Shown: positions 1-5,816 of the stretch, in pieces
How the letters are laid out: every line of letters starts with the position of its first letter
How positions within the stretch are numbered: position 1 is the stretch's first letter
Virus record (IMG/VR): IMGVR_UViG_3300045988_094729
From: a virus
Reading direction: 5' to 3' (one strand)
Length of the DNA stretch: 34,669 nt
Made by a program: the position numbers and the translations under genes
The notes under the pieces: generated by a model
The model's database searches: none
Told to the model about the DNA's origin: nothing
The model's input: only the letters and a program-made list of their open reading frames with translations

Positions 1-55
1 CCAGCCACGATGTTTCTTTTGCCCCTGTGAGGTGTGGCGGGTCGAAAACAACAAG
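1..55. repeat. 55-nt terminal direct repeat (identical copy at 34615..34669); circular-closure overlap
   Basis: ccagccacgatgtttcttttgcccctgtgaggtgtggcgggtcgaaaacaacaag is present base for base at both window ends. Confidence 0.95.
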
Positions 56-265
56 TGCAAAAGCGTTGTCCGGGAAAGGTAACTGTGTAAAGTCGCATAC
101 TATATCGGGCTTGATAATGCACTTGCGTTCGCTCTGCCCCTCCCCACTTCTCCATATGCCCGTCATTTCAATTTCTCTTTTATCGCAGTAAACCGCCGCC
201 GGGTGGTGCTTATTAAACCATATCGTTCGGGATCCGCACGTTACGTCCAGTACCTTCCTATCCAC
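1..265 (-). CDS. DNA methyltransferase (DPPH motif), N-terminal part; the gene wraps and continues at 34614..34385
   Basis: Minus frame is open to the window edge. GTG at 265 lies 7 nt after AAAGGAG. Translation: VDRKVLDVTCGSRTIWFNKHHPAAVYCDKREIEMTGIW...FPDNAFALVVFDPPHLTGAKETSWL. LDVTCGS resembles SAM motif I and FDPPH a DPPY-type motif IV. It reads in frame through the 55-nt repeat into ORF 34385..34576. Confidence 0.75.
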   Translation of the reverse strand, partial: MDRKVLDVTCGSRTIWFNKHHPAAVYCDKREIEMTGIWRSGEGQSERKCIIKPDIVCDFTQLPFPDNAFALVVFDPPHLTGAKETSWL

Positions 266-267
266 GG

Positions 268-720
268 TTATATCTCCTTTTTCTCCTTTTTGGTCTCGCT
301 GCGCTCTATGGCTATGCCGATAGCGGCGGAGCCGGTGCTCTTTACAGTGGCCTTTACCCCGTCCGTGGTGGTGATGACCGCTTTATCCACAAATCCGCCG
401 TACACCCGCTCGGCAAGCTGCTGCAATATCTCCCGCGTCTGCTCGTCCACGGCCATGCGCTTCTGGTGCGGGTTGCCGGCAAAAAGCTCCTCGATCACGT
501 CATTTGCTTTTTGCAGGGCCTCAATGCGGTCGCTCTCTCCCCGAAGGGCAGCCTCATGAGCGTCACGGTCGCGTCTGGCCTCCTTGCAGTCACATATGAG
601 GGTAGCTATCCCGTCCTCGTCCGGGTCGTCGATGTTTGGGTGTAGGGCCAAATAGCTCTTGATATTGAGCAGCTGCCCGCAGTAGCGGCAAACGCCGAAT
701 GTCCTTTCAGTTGTTTCCAC
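268..720 (-). CDS. hypothetical early protein (N-terminal CxxC...CDC)
   Basis: 150-aa ORF whose stop lies 2 nt before the next gene's GTG. No family recognised. Confidence 0.6.
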   Translation of the reverse strand: METTERTFGVCRYCGQLLNIKSYLALHPNIDDPDEDGIATLICDCKEARRDRDAHEAALRGESDRIEALQKANDVIEELFAGNPHQKRMAVDEQTREILQQLAERVYGGFVDKAVITTTDGVKATVKSTGSAAIGIAIERSETKKEKKEI

Positions 721-747
721 TTTTTTTGTCCTCCTTTGATATGTTTT

Positions 748-1140
748 TTAACTCATTTGATCTGCTTGTCTGGCGTTGAGCTTGCCGCGCTCGATCAGTT
801 TGTATATTTCGTGTCTGTCGATGCCCAGCCGCTCCCTCGTCTCCTGCGTTGTCAGCCACTCGCCGTCCACTTCGACGATCCACTTCCTGTATATGCGCGG
901 CGGCTCGCTTTTCTCGTCCGGCAAAAACAGCGGGCAGGCGTGGATGACGTAGGACTGTATAATTGTCGTGTAGTTTTTGCCGTGGTAATAGTTGCTGCCC
1001 TTCAGCGTTGTCTCCCTTGCCTCCCAGCCCTCAACGGGTTCGGGGTCGGCGCGGCGAGACCAGCTACAGCCCATGCCCGGCGCGTTGGTCGCCCTCCGGC
1101 AACGCCAGCACAGGGTTTGTCCGGTTATGCATGCTTCCAT
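748..1140 (-). CDS. Cys-rich zinc-finger-like protein with C-terminal HTH
   Basis: 130-aa ORF preceded by AAAGGAGATAACC-ATG. Contains CWRC...GCSW...CPLF cysteines. The C-terminus WLTTQETRERLGIDRHEIYKLIERGKL looks like an excisionase/MerR-type HTH. Confidence 0.6.
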   Translation of the reverse strand: MEACITGQTLCWRCRRATNAPGMGCSWSRRADPEPVEGWEARETTLKGSNYYHGKNYTTIIQSYVIHACPLFLPDEKSEPPRIYRKWIVEVDGEWLTTQETRERLGIDRHEIYKLIERGKLNARQADQMS

Positions 1141-1142
1141 GG

Positions 1143-1232
1143 TTATCTCCTTTTGCGGGGCGCGAAGGCAAAGCCCGTCATTATGCCGATCACAAACATA
1201 GGCACTCCCCAGCTAAAAAATGCTCCCCACAT
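1143..1232 (-). CDS. candidate 29-aa membrane peptide (MWGAFFSWGVPMFVIGIMTGFAFAPRKRR)
   Basis: Its ATG lies 1 nt after the upstream stop (TGAtATG) and its stop sits in the next gene's RBS. It has one hydrophobic helix. Too short for the ORF track. Confidence 0.35.
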   Translation of the reverse strand: MWGAFFSWGVPMFVIGIMTGFAFAPRKRR

Positions 1233-1233
1233 A

Positions 1234-1458
1234 TCAATTGTCCTTTCCAGTTGCAACGTATAAATTGATGTAGTTGTTGTTGGCGTCCATGCACAGCAGG
1301 GACGCATCGAGCAGGGCGGCTACCGTTCTGCCGCAGACGGTGGGAAGAATATCCTCCCTCCTGAAGTCTCCGATCAGCGCCCCGTCCGGCGAGTGGTACA
1401 GCCGTACCCGCTGTGTTTTCAGCAGCGCGATCATGGGTAAAAGCTCCCTTACTTGCAT
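1234..1458 (-). CDS. hypothetical early protein
   Basis: 74-aa ORF overlapping the HNH gene end by 10 nt. The alternative frame 1190..1468 is less compatible with neighbour spacing. Confidence 0.45.
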   Translation of the reverse strand: MQVRELLPMIALLKTQRVRLYHSPDGALIGDFRREDILPTVCGRTVAALLDASLLCMDANNNYINLYVATGKDN

Positions 1459-1769
1459 ATGTAATCACTCCTCCACTTACGGTATCTCAGCTTTTCCTCG
1501 TCCCAATCCGGGTATTTGGCCATGAGGTACGCCCGGAGGGCCTTTCTGATCTCCGGCCTGCGTTCTGAATTGTCGTAATCCCTGTGGCACTCAGGGCACA
1601 GGGTAACAACATTTTCCTCCACTCCCTTGCCATTATGGGAGCGAGGGATGAAATGCGCGTCCGGGTTGCCGGGCCTGCCGCACAGGACGCAGCAATGATG
1701 ATCCCTCTCCCATACCCACCGTTTGACCTTTTGCGGTATCTCACACGCTTTTGTGCGCTTGCTTTTCAT
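1449..1769 (-). CDS. HNH endonuclease
   Basis: HHCCVLCGR...DAHFIPRSHNGKGVEENVVTLCPECH shows the CxxC ... H-N ... CxxCH zinc/HNH layout. Confidence 0.8.
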   Translation of the reverse strand: MKSKRTKACEIPQKVKRWVWERDHHCCVLCGRPGNPDAHFIPRSHNGKGVEENVVTLCPECHRDYDNSERRPEIRKALRAYLMAKYPDWDEEKLRYRKWRSDYICK

Positions 1770-1775
1770 GGCTTT

Positions 1776-2396
1776 TTATGAGCAATAGCTTTGCAGCACC
1801 GTCAATCTGTAACTGCCGTCATTATCCGGTGTGTCGTCAATCTGCACCGATTGGAGGATTATAAAAGCGGGGACAACCCCATCCGAGTACGAGGGGTTGC
1901 TGATGAAGGCGGAGCCGTCCGTGAGGACGTACCACGCGTTGACAGAGGAGTACTGTGAGGAAAGCCACCAGGCAGCAGCCGAGCCGTTAAAGGTCTTTTT
2001 GCGGTTATTCCGGCCAGTGAATATAGGCCATGTTAAGCCTTCTTCTGTTCCGTGGTTGTCGCCGCAGCCTACCATGGTCAACGTGGGAGCAAACACCTTG
2101 CGGGTTATATCCTCGGCGCCGCTGCCGTTATATAACGGGATCGTGCTTGGGATAATCATCTCTTTAAGCTCGTCGGGGTAGCTGTTGTATATTTCCGTCA
2201 TGCGTTCGTCCAGGTCTGATCCGGTGTATTTTGCGTTACCGCCGAACCGGCAAAAGCTATGAATATCTTTGCGGATAAGCGCAGCCACGCCTGCGCCGAA
2301 AAAGCCCAGGGTGTAGTCCGCCAGCTTATAGCTGTCATCTTCTTGTCGCTCGGGAATTTTGATGTTTGTCCCGAATGTCAGTTCTCCTAATTTCAT
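1776..2396 (-). CDS. free-standing DUF6273-like domain protein; paralogue of the N-terminus of the 16456..18207 tail protein
   Basis: AAAWWLSSQYSSVNAWYVLTDGSAFISNPSYSDGVVPAFIILQSVQIDDTPDNDGSY aligns with ARWWLSSLKSSGNAWYVSTDGFDNYNNPSKTYGVVPAFVIPQSTQLEDNQNPDGSY. Strong RBS (TAAGGAGGAC). The family name is from memory. Confidence 0.75.
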   Translation of the reverse strand: MKLGELTFGTNIKIPERQEDDSYKLADYTLGFFGAGVAALIRKDIHSFCRFGGNAKYTGSDLDERMTEIYNSYPDELKEMIIPSTIPLYNGSGAEDITRKVFAPTLTMVGCGDNHGTEEGLTWPIFTGRNNRKKTFNGSAAAWWLSSQYSSVNAWYVLTDGSAFISNPSYSDGVVPAFIILQSVQIDDTPDNDGSYRLTVLQSYCS

Positions 2397-2549
2397 TGTT
2401 TTGCGTCCTCCTTATGATCTGATACCCTCCAGCGGCGCGGGCTATCGGCAAACCCGTCCGCGGGAGACGCACCGGGCCTGAATCCTGTTTATGCTCGCCC
2501 GGTCGAGCTGCTAACGTGCTGTTGTGGGATTGTTAGGTCATTCGCATCA

Positions 2550-2706
2550 CCTCCCGCGAAAGGAGACAGCAGAGGGCGGTGAGCAGAAGCAGCGTTTTGT
2601 CGGACATATCAGGTGGTCTGTGTATATCAAAAAGGAGATTATAAACTCTGCCCATCGGACACCGGCCCAAGATGCCGCCCTCTGCTCTCCCCTTTCGCAC
2701 GGGGAG
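2550..2706. repeat. imperfect ~30-bp inverted repeat (arms 2550..2579 and 2675..2706; perfect 12-bp core agcagagggcgg / ccgccctctgct) with a 95-nt spacer
   Basis: Read directly. Each arm also contains its own short hairpin (ctcccc-N8-ggggag in the right arm). Confidence 0.8.
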
Positions 2707-3039
2707 CTACTGCACTTTGTATTTACAATCGTCGTACTTATGGCGGCGGGCAGCCTTTACCCTGGGCTGATCCGCTGTCTTGTCCTCTACCATGGAGGCC
2801 ATGCTCCGCACCAGTATGAGGGGGGCGTGGCCGTCGGCGGCGGTCGCCATGAGGCGCCCATCCCTGCACATGGCGCGTATGGTGCCGGGGTCTACGTTGA
2901 TGATCTCGGATGCCCGCTTGGTGGTGACATACTCGCCGTGCATCTTCACCATGCGCTCTTCCAGCGCCTCGACGCTGTTTATACGCTCGTCCACGGCGGC
3001 GGTTATCATGTCCCGCAGGAGCTTGTCAAAGTTATCCAT
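2707..3039 (-). CDS. HTH DNA-binding protein (excisionase/MerR-like)
   Basis: 110-aa ORF. TTKRASEIINVDPGTIRAMCRDGRL is a typical excisionase-type HTH. RBS: GAAAGGAAACCGCC-ATG. Confidence 0.6.
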   Translation of the reverse strand: MDNFDKLLRDMITAAVDERINSVEALEERMVKMHGEYVTTKRASEIINVDPGTIRAMCRDGRLMATAADGHAPLILVRSMASMVEDKTADQPRVKAARRHKYDDCKYKVQ

Positions 3040-3084
3040 GGCGGTTTCCTTTCTGTGGTATAATCAAAAGTAAAAAGGGGTTTT

Positions 3085-3363
3085 ATGCTGAGTTTTGCTT
3101 CTTTCCGTATTCTTGTTTACGCTTATTTTCATCGGGGCTTCGGCGTATCCGATGTTGACCGTATCGTGGGCAGAAAGTTCACACAGGGCTGTATAAACCA
3201 GCTGTATAACAAGAACTTGATATCCGTCAGGTACATCGCCGAAGGCCGTAACGGGCTTTTATTGCTCATAACGCAAGACGGTCGCGGTTTCCTGCAAAGA
3301 TCACTTGTTGGTGCGCTGGTTACAGCAGTTTCTCTATCGCTTGCAGTATTAGCCCTAATATGA
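3085..3363 (+). CDS. hypothetical protein, winged-helix-like N-terminus and C-terminal TM; opposite orientation to the early operon
   Basis: Only sizeable ORF on either strand in 3064..3320. Weak RBS (AAAAGGGG). C-terminal LVGALVTAVSLSLAVLALI. Its 3' end overlaps the minus-strand ORF 3320..3484. Confidence 0.4.
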   Translation: MLSFASFRILVYAYFHRGFGVSDVDRIVGRKFTQGCINQLYNKNLISVRYIAEGRNGLLLLITQDGRGFLQRSLVGALVTAVSLSLAVLALI

Positions 3364-3484
3364 CGAGCGCTCCGAGCACGAATATTTGCGTTTGCGTCCG
3401 CCTGACCTCTTCATAAATGCTTAGCAGTTTCTTGTCTGAGTTCTGCTCGTCCCATTTGCACGTCCACTTGTCTCTAAACATCAT
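3320..3484 (-). CDS. 54-aa membrane protein (MMFRDKWTCKWDEQNSDKKLLSIYEEVRRTQTQIFVLGALVILGLILQAIEKLL)
   Basis: Strong RBS (AGGAGGTGAGCGGC-ATG), one C-terminal TM. Below the ORF-track size cutoff. Confidence 0.5.
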   Translation of the reverse strand: MMFRDKWTCKWDEQNSDKKLLSIYEEVRRTQTQIFVLGALVILGLILQAIEKLL

Positions 3485-3517
3485 GCCGCTCACCTCCTAT
3501 GTTGTCTGTTCGCTTTT

Positions 3518-3534
3518 TGACACGCATAGTGTCA
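3518..3534. promoter_or_regulatory. operator-like palindrome TGACAC-N5-GTGTCA (distal copy)
   Basis: tgacacgcatagtgtca has the same arms and spacing as 3789..3805. It overlaps the stop of the Cro-like gene. Confidence 0.55.
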
Positions 3535-3744
3535 TGCTACATCAAAAAAAATTGCCTGTACGCTCATACCATAATAATCAGCGATTGTGATTTTGACTTC
3601 ATCACGAGGCGTTCTTTCGCCGCTCTCATATTTTCGCAAGGACGATGCCGTAAGCCCCATTTCAATAGCTGCTTTTTCGCTACTTATGCCTTTTGTCTTG
3701 CGGCATTCGCGCAACCTACGTCCTATTTCTTCTCGCGTGGGCAT
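3532..3744 (-). CDS. Cro-like XRE-family HTH regulator (first gene of the lytic-direction operon)
   Basis: MPTREEIGRRLRECRKTKGISSEKAAIEMGLTASSLRKYESGERTP is a classic XRE HTH. RBS: GGGAGGTGAAAATC-ATG. The track ORF starts further upstream at 3789. Confidence 0.8.
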   Translation of the reverse strand: MPTREEIGRRLRECRKTKGISSEKAAIEMGLTASSLRKYESGERTPRDEVKITIADYYGMSVQAIFFDVA

Positions 3745-3776
3745 GATTTTCACCTCCCATTCTTTTCTGTGTTTTA

Positions 3777-3806
3777 AGTATAGCACCATGACACTAATCG
3801 TGTCAA
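3777..3806 (-). promoter_or_regulatory. sigma-70-type promoter for the minus (lytic) operon: TTGACA-18-TATACT
   Basis: -35 at 3806..3801 and -10 at 3782..3777 on the minus strand. The operator 3789..3805 covers the spacer and the -35. Confidence 0.6.
3789..3805. promoter_or_regulatory. operator palindrome TGACAC-N5-GTGTCA
   Basis: tgacactaatcgtgtca has perfect 6-bp arms and lies in the divergent promoter region. Confidence 0.6.
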
Positions 3807-3827
3807 CACTATTTGTAACATTTTTTA

Positions 3828-3856
3828 TTTACATTTGTCACTCTCTGTGTTATAGT
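3828..3856 (+). promoter_or_regulatory. promoter for the repressor/lysogeny operon: TTTACA-17-TATAGT
   Basis: -35 at 3828..3833 and -10 at 3851..3856, followed by GAGGTG RBS and ATG at 3875. Confidence 0.5.
3836..3852. promoter_or_regulatory. degenerate operator TGTCAC-N5-GTGTTA (one mismatch per arm)
   Basis: Same 6-5-6 geometry as the other operators. It overlaps the spacer and -10 of the plus-strand promoter. Confidence 0.4.
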
Positions 3857-3874
3857 GGTGTCGAGGTGATATGA

Positions 3875-4192
3875 ATGGCTTTATTTGGTAGCCGAATTAA
3901 GCGTTTGAGAACAGAGCATGGCCATACTCAGGATGAATTAGCGAAACTTGTCGGGGTGTCAAGAAGCACAATCTCCATGGTCGAGCGCAATGAGCGCCGT
4001 CCTGATGATGAATTGCTCGAAACGATAGCCGACATATACAACGTTGATATGGATTACCTGTATGGGCGTCAAGAGGTCGAGAATCTTCATAGGCTTGTGT
4101 CCGAAAACGAGTATAAGCTTATACTGGCTTACAGAGAATTATCTCAGGAAGCCCGCGTTCTCGTCGATCATTTTGTATTATCGCAAAAATAG
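3875..4192 (+). CDS. CI-like XRE-family repressor (no peptidase domain)
   Basis: IKRLRTEHGHTQDELAKLVGVSRSTISMVERNERRP is an XRE HTH. The gene is divergent from the Cro-like gene and on the same strand as the integrase. It is only 105 aa. Confidence 0.8.
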   Translation: MALFGSRIKRLRTEHGHTQDELAKLVGVSRSTISMVERNERRPDDELLETIADIYNVDMDYLYGRQEVENLHRLVSENEYKLILAYRELSQEARVLVDHFVLSQK

Positions 4193-4561
4193 CTTTGAAT
4201 TTTTCGGGGTCTTTTAAAGCTTCAATAAAAGCTCGTTCTTTTTCATGTTCAGTCATCTTTCTACCTCCAAACACTTGTTCTGTTTTGATAATAACACGTT
4301 AGATTCAAAAAGAAAGGGGGAATTTGTATGAGAGTACCATAAGGGGGACTGCGCTCAACAATGTTGCACAAATCGTGCCTCGGATTCGCCTTTAACCGGC
4401 AGAGGGAGCGGGAGCCGCTCACCTCCGCCTCGGCCAGAACGGCGGAGAAGCTTCGTGGGAGCCGCCCCGGTCTGAATTAAGCATATCTCGTTCCCTTGGT
4501 TTTTTAAAGCCACAAATAGTATCCTTTCAGGGTAAAAATTGTTTAAATGGGGGGTAAAATA

Positions 4562-5074
4562 ATGGACTTTGAGCGATTACAGGAGCTTGTGCGGCAATCC
4601 GGTAAGACGCAGCAGGAGATCGCGGACGAATGCGGGCTGTCGCTCGCTACTGTCAAAAAGGTGCTTCACGGGCAAACATCAAATCCCGGCGTAGATACGC
4701 TGATAAGGATATTAAATACCATTGGCAAAAGTCTGCGGGATATAGATTCTGACTTTGTGAGAGTTCCGCAAGGATATAGTAAAGAGGATTTATACGAAGA
4801 ACTTATCGCCACTAACAAGGAGCGTATAAACGATCTGGTAGCCGAAGGGCGGCGTAAAAGCATTCAATTGCCCCTGTTGTCAGGTGTTTCCGTGTTATTG
4901 ATGGTGGTTTTAAGCGGAATATTTATCATAGATAGCAGATATCCGAGCATGGGGCTGATACGCCCCGAAACTAAGCATTTATCGACAATAGCAGGGGGTA
5001 TAATGCTGGTTTTCGCGATATTCGCAGGCTTTCTCATATACATCAGCATAAAAGAATGGAAAAGGTTAAAATAG
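4562..5074 (+). CDS. membrane-tethered XRE-family HTH protein (two C-terminal TM helices)
   Basis: LVRQSGKTQQEIADECGLSLATVKKVLHG is an HTH. TM segments: LLSGVSVLLMVVLSGIFII and IAGGIMLVFAIFAGFLIYISI. An alternative start exists at 4547. Confidence 0.7.
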   Translation: MDFERLQELVRQSGKTQQEIADECGLSLATVKKVLHGQTSNPGVDTLIRILNTIGKSLRDIDSDFVRVPQGYSKEDLYEELIATNKERINDLVAEGRRKSIQLPLLSGVSVLLMVVLSGIFIIDSRYPSMGLIRPETKHLSTIAGGIMLVFAIFAGFLIYISIKEWKRLK

Positions 5075-5087
5075 GAGGGTTTGGTCA

Positions 5088-5723
5088 ATGGGTATGATAC
5101 ATCAGTGCTCTCAGTGTGGGAAAAAGGGGTTGTTCTTGCCGCTCAACAACCTTGGGCACTGTGAGGAATGTATAAAAAAGAATAAGGCGGAACGAGACGA
5201 GCTCAAGGCAGAGCAGGATGAGCGCGAAGCGAAACAGATCAAATGCGAGGCGGCGCAGGACGTGCCGCTCATCGCCGAAACGGAAATTACAGACGACGAG
5301 GCAGAGAAAAAGGAGGAAGTTGAAAATATGGAAAATACCGGTGTTCGCAAACCGAATGTATCTGAAAAGGACTGGCTTACTACGCTGCTTTTATGTATAT
5401 TCCTGGGTGGCTTGGGTATACATCGGTTTTACGTCAACAAGCCGCTCACGGCTGTTCTTTGGTTGCTGACTGCCGGCTGCTTTGGTGTTGGTGTTATCAT
5501 AGATATATGCAGTATAGCCAGCGGCAGTTTTACGGACGGCGACGGGGCTGTGATCCTCTCAGAAAAGCAGCGGGACAGGGCACACGGCTCTGGTGTGCAG
5601 GACGCGCCGCCCGTTGATGCCGTCGAGCAGCTCCGCAAGCTGGGTGAATTGCGGGATAGTGGTATCCTGAGTGATGAGGAGTTTGCGGCGAAGAAGTCCG
5701 TATTGCTCGACAAGATAAAATAA
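5088..5723 (+). CDS. Zn-ribbon / TM2-domain / SHOCT-domain membrane protein
   Basis: CSQCGK...CEEC ribbon. LLLCIFLGGLGIHRFYVNKPLTAVLWLLTAGCFGVGVIIDI is TM2-like. AVEQLRKLGELRDSGILSDEEFAAKKSVLL is SHOCT-like. RBS: TAGGAGGG. Confidence 0.75.
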   Translation: MGMIHQCSQCGKKGLFLPLNNLGHCEECIKKNKAERDELKAEQDEREAKQIKCEAAQDVPLIAETEITDDEAEKKEEVENMENTGVRKPNVSEKDWLTTLLLCIFLGGLGIHRFYVNKPLTAVLWLLTAGCFGVGVIIDICSIASGSFTDGDGAVILSEKQRDRAHGSGVQDAPPVDAVEQLRKLGELRDSGILSDEEFAAKKSVLLDKIK

Positions 5724-5816
5724 AAAATCCCCCGGCTGTTGGCGCAGCGCTTATAGGGGGATTAGAGGTGGATGCTTCTCCGCCTCCGATTTTAACATAA
5801 CGGGAGGTTTTTGTAA

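Noticed and set aside
1-55. The 55-nt terminal repeat as a biological direct terminal repeat or cos end
   Set aside because: It falls in the middle of a methyltransferase ORF that reads through it in frame. Its length equals a common assembler k-mer, so an assembly circularisation overlap is the simpler explanation.
4125-4256. 43-aa minus-strand ORF (MTEHEKERAFIEALKDPEKFKAIFAIIQ…) with GGAGGTAGAAAG-ATG, convergent with the repressor gene
   Set aside because: It overlaps the last 68 nt of the CI-like gene, whose own C-terminus looks genuine. Antisense of helical coding sequence often stays open. Kept only as a low-probability candidate.
4300-4546. tRNA, tmRNA or known riboswitch in the GC-rich island
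   Set aside because: No cloverleaf (no T-loop GTTCRANNC, no acceptor/CCA context) and no riboswitch consensus could be recognised by eye. It needs a covariance-model scan.
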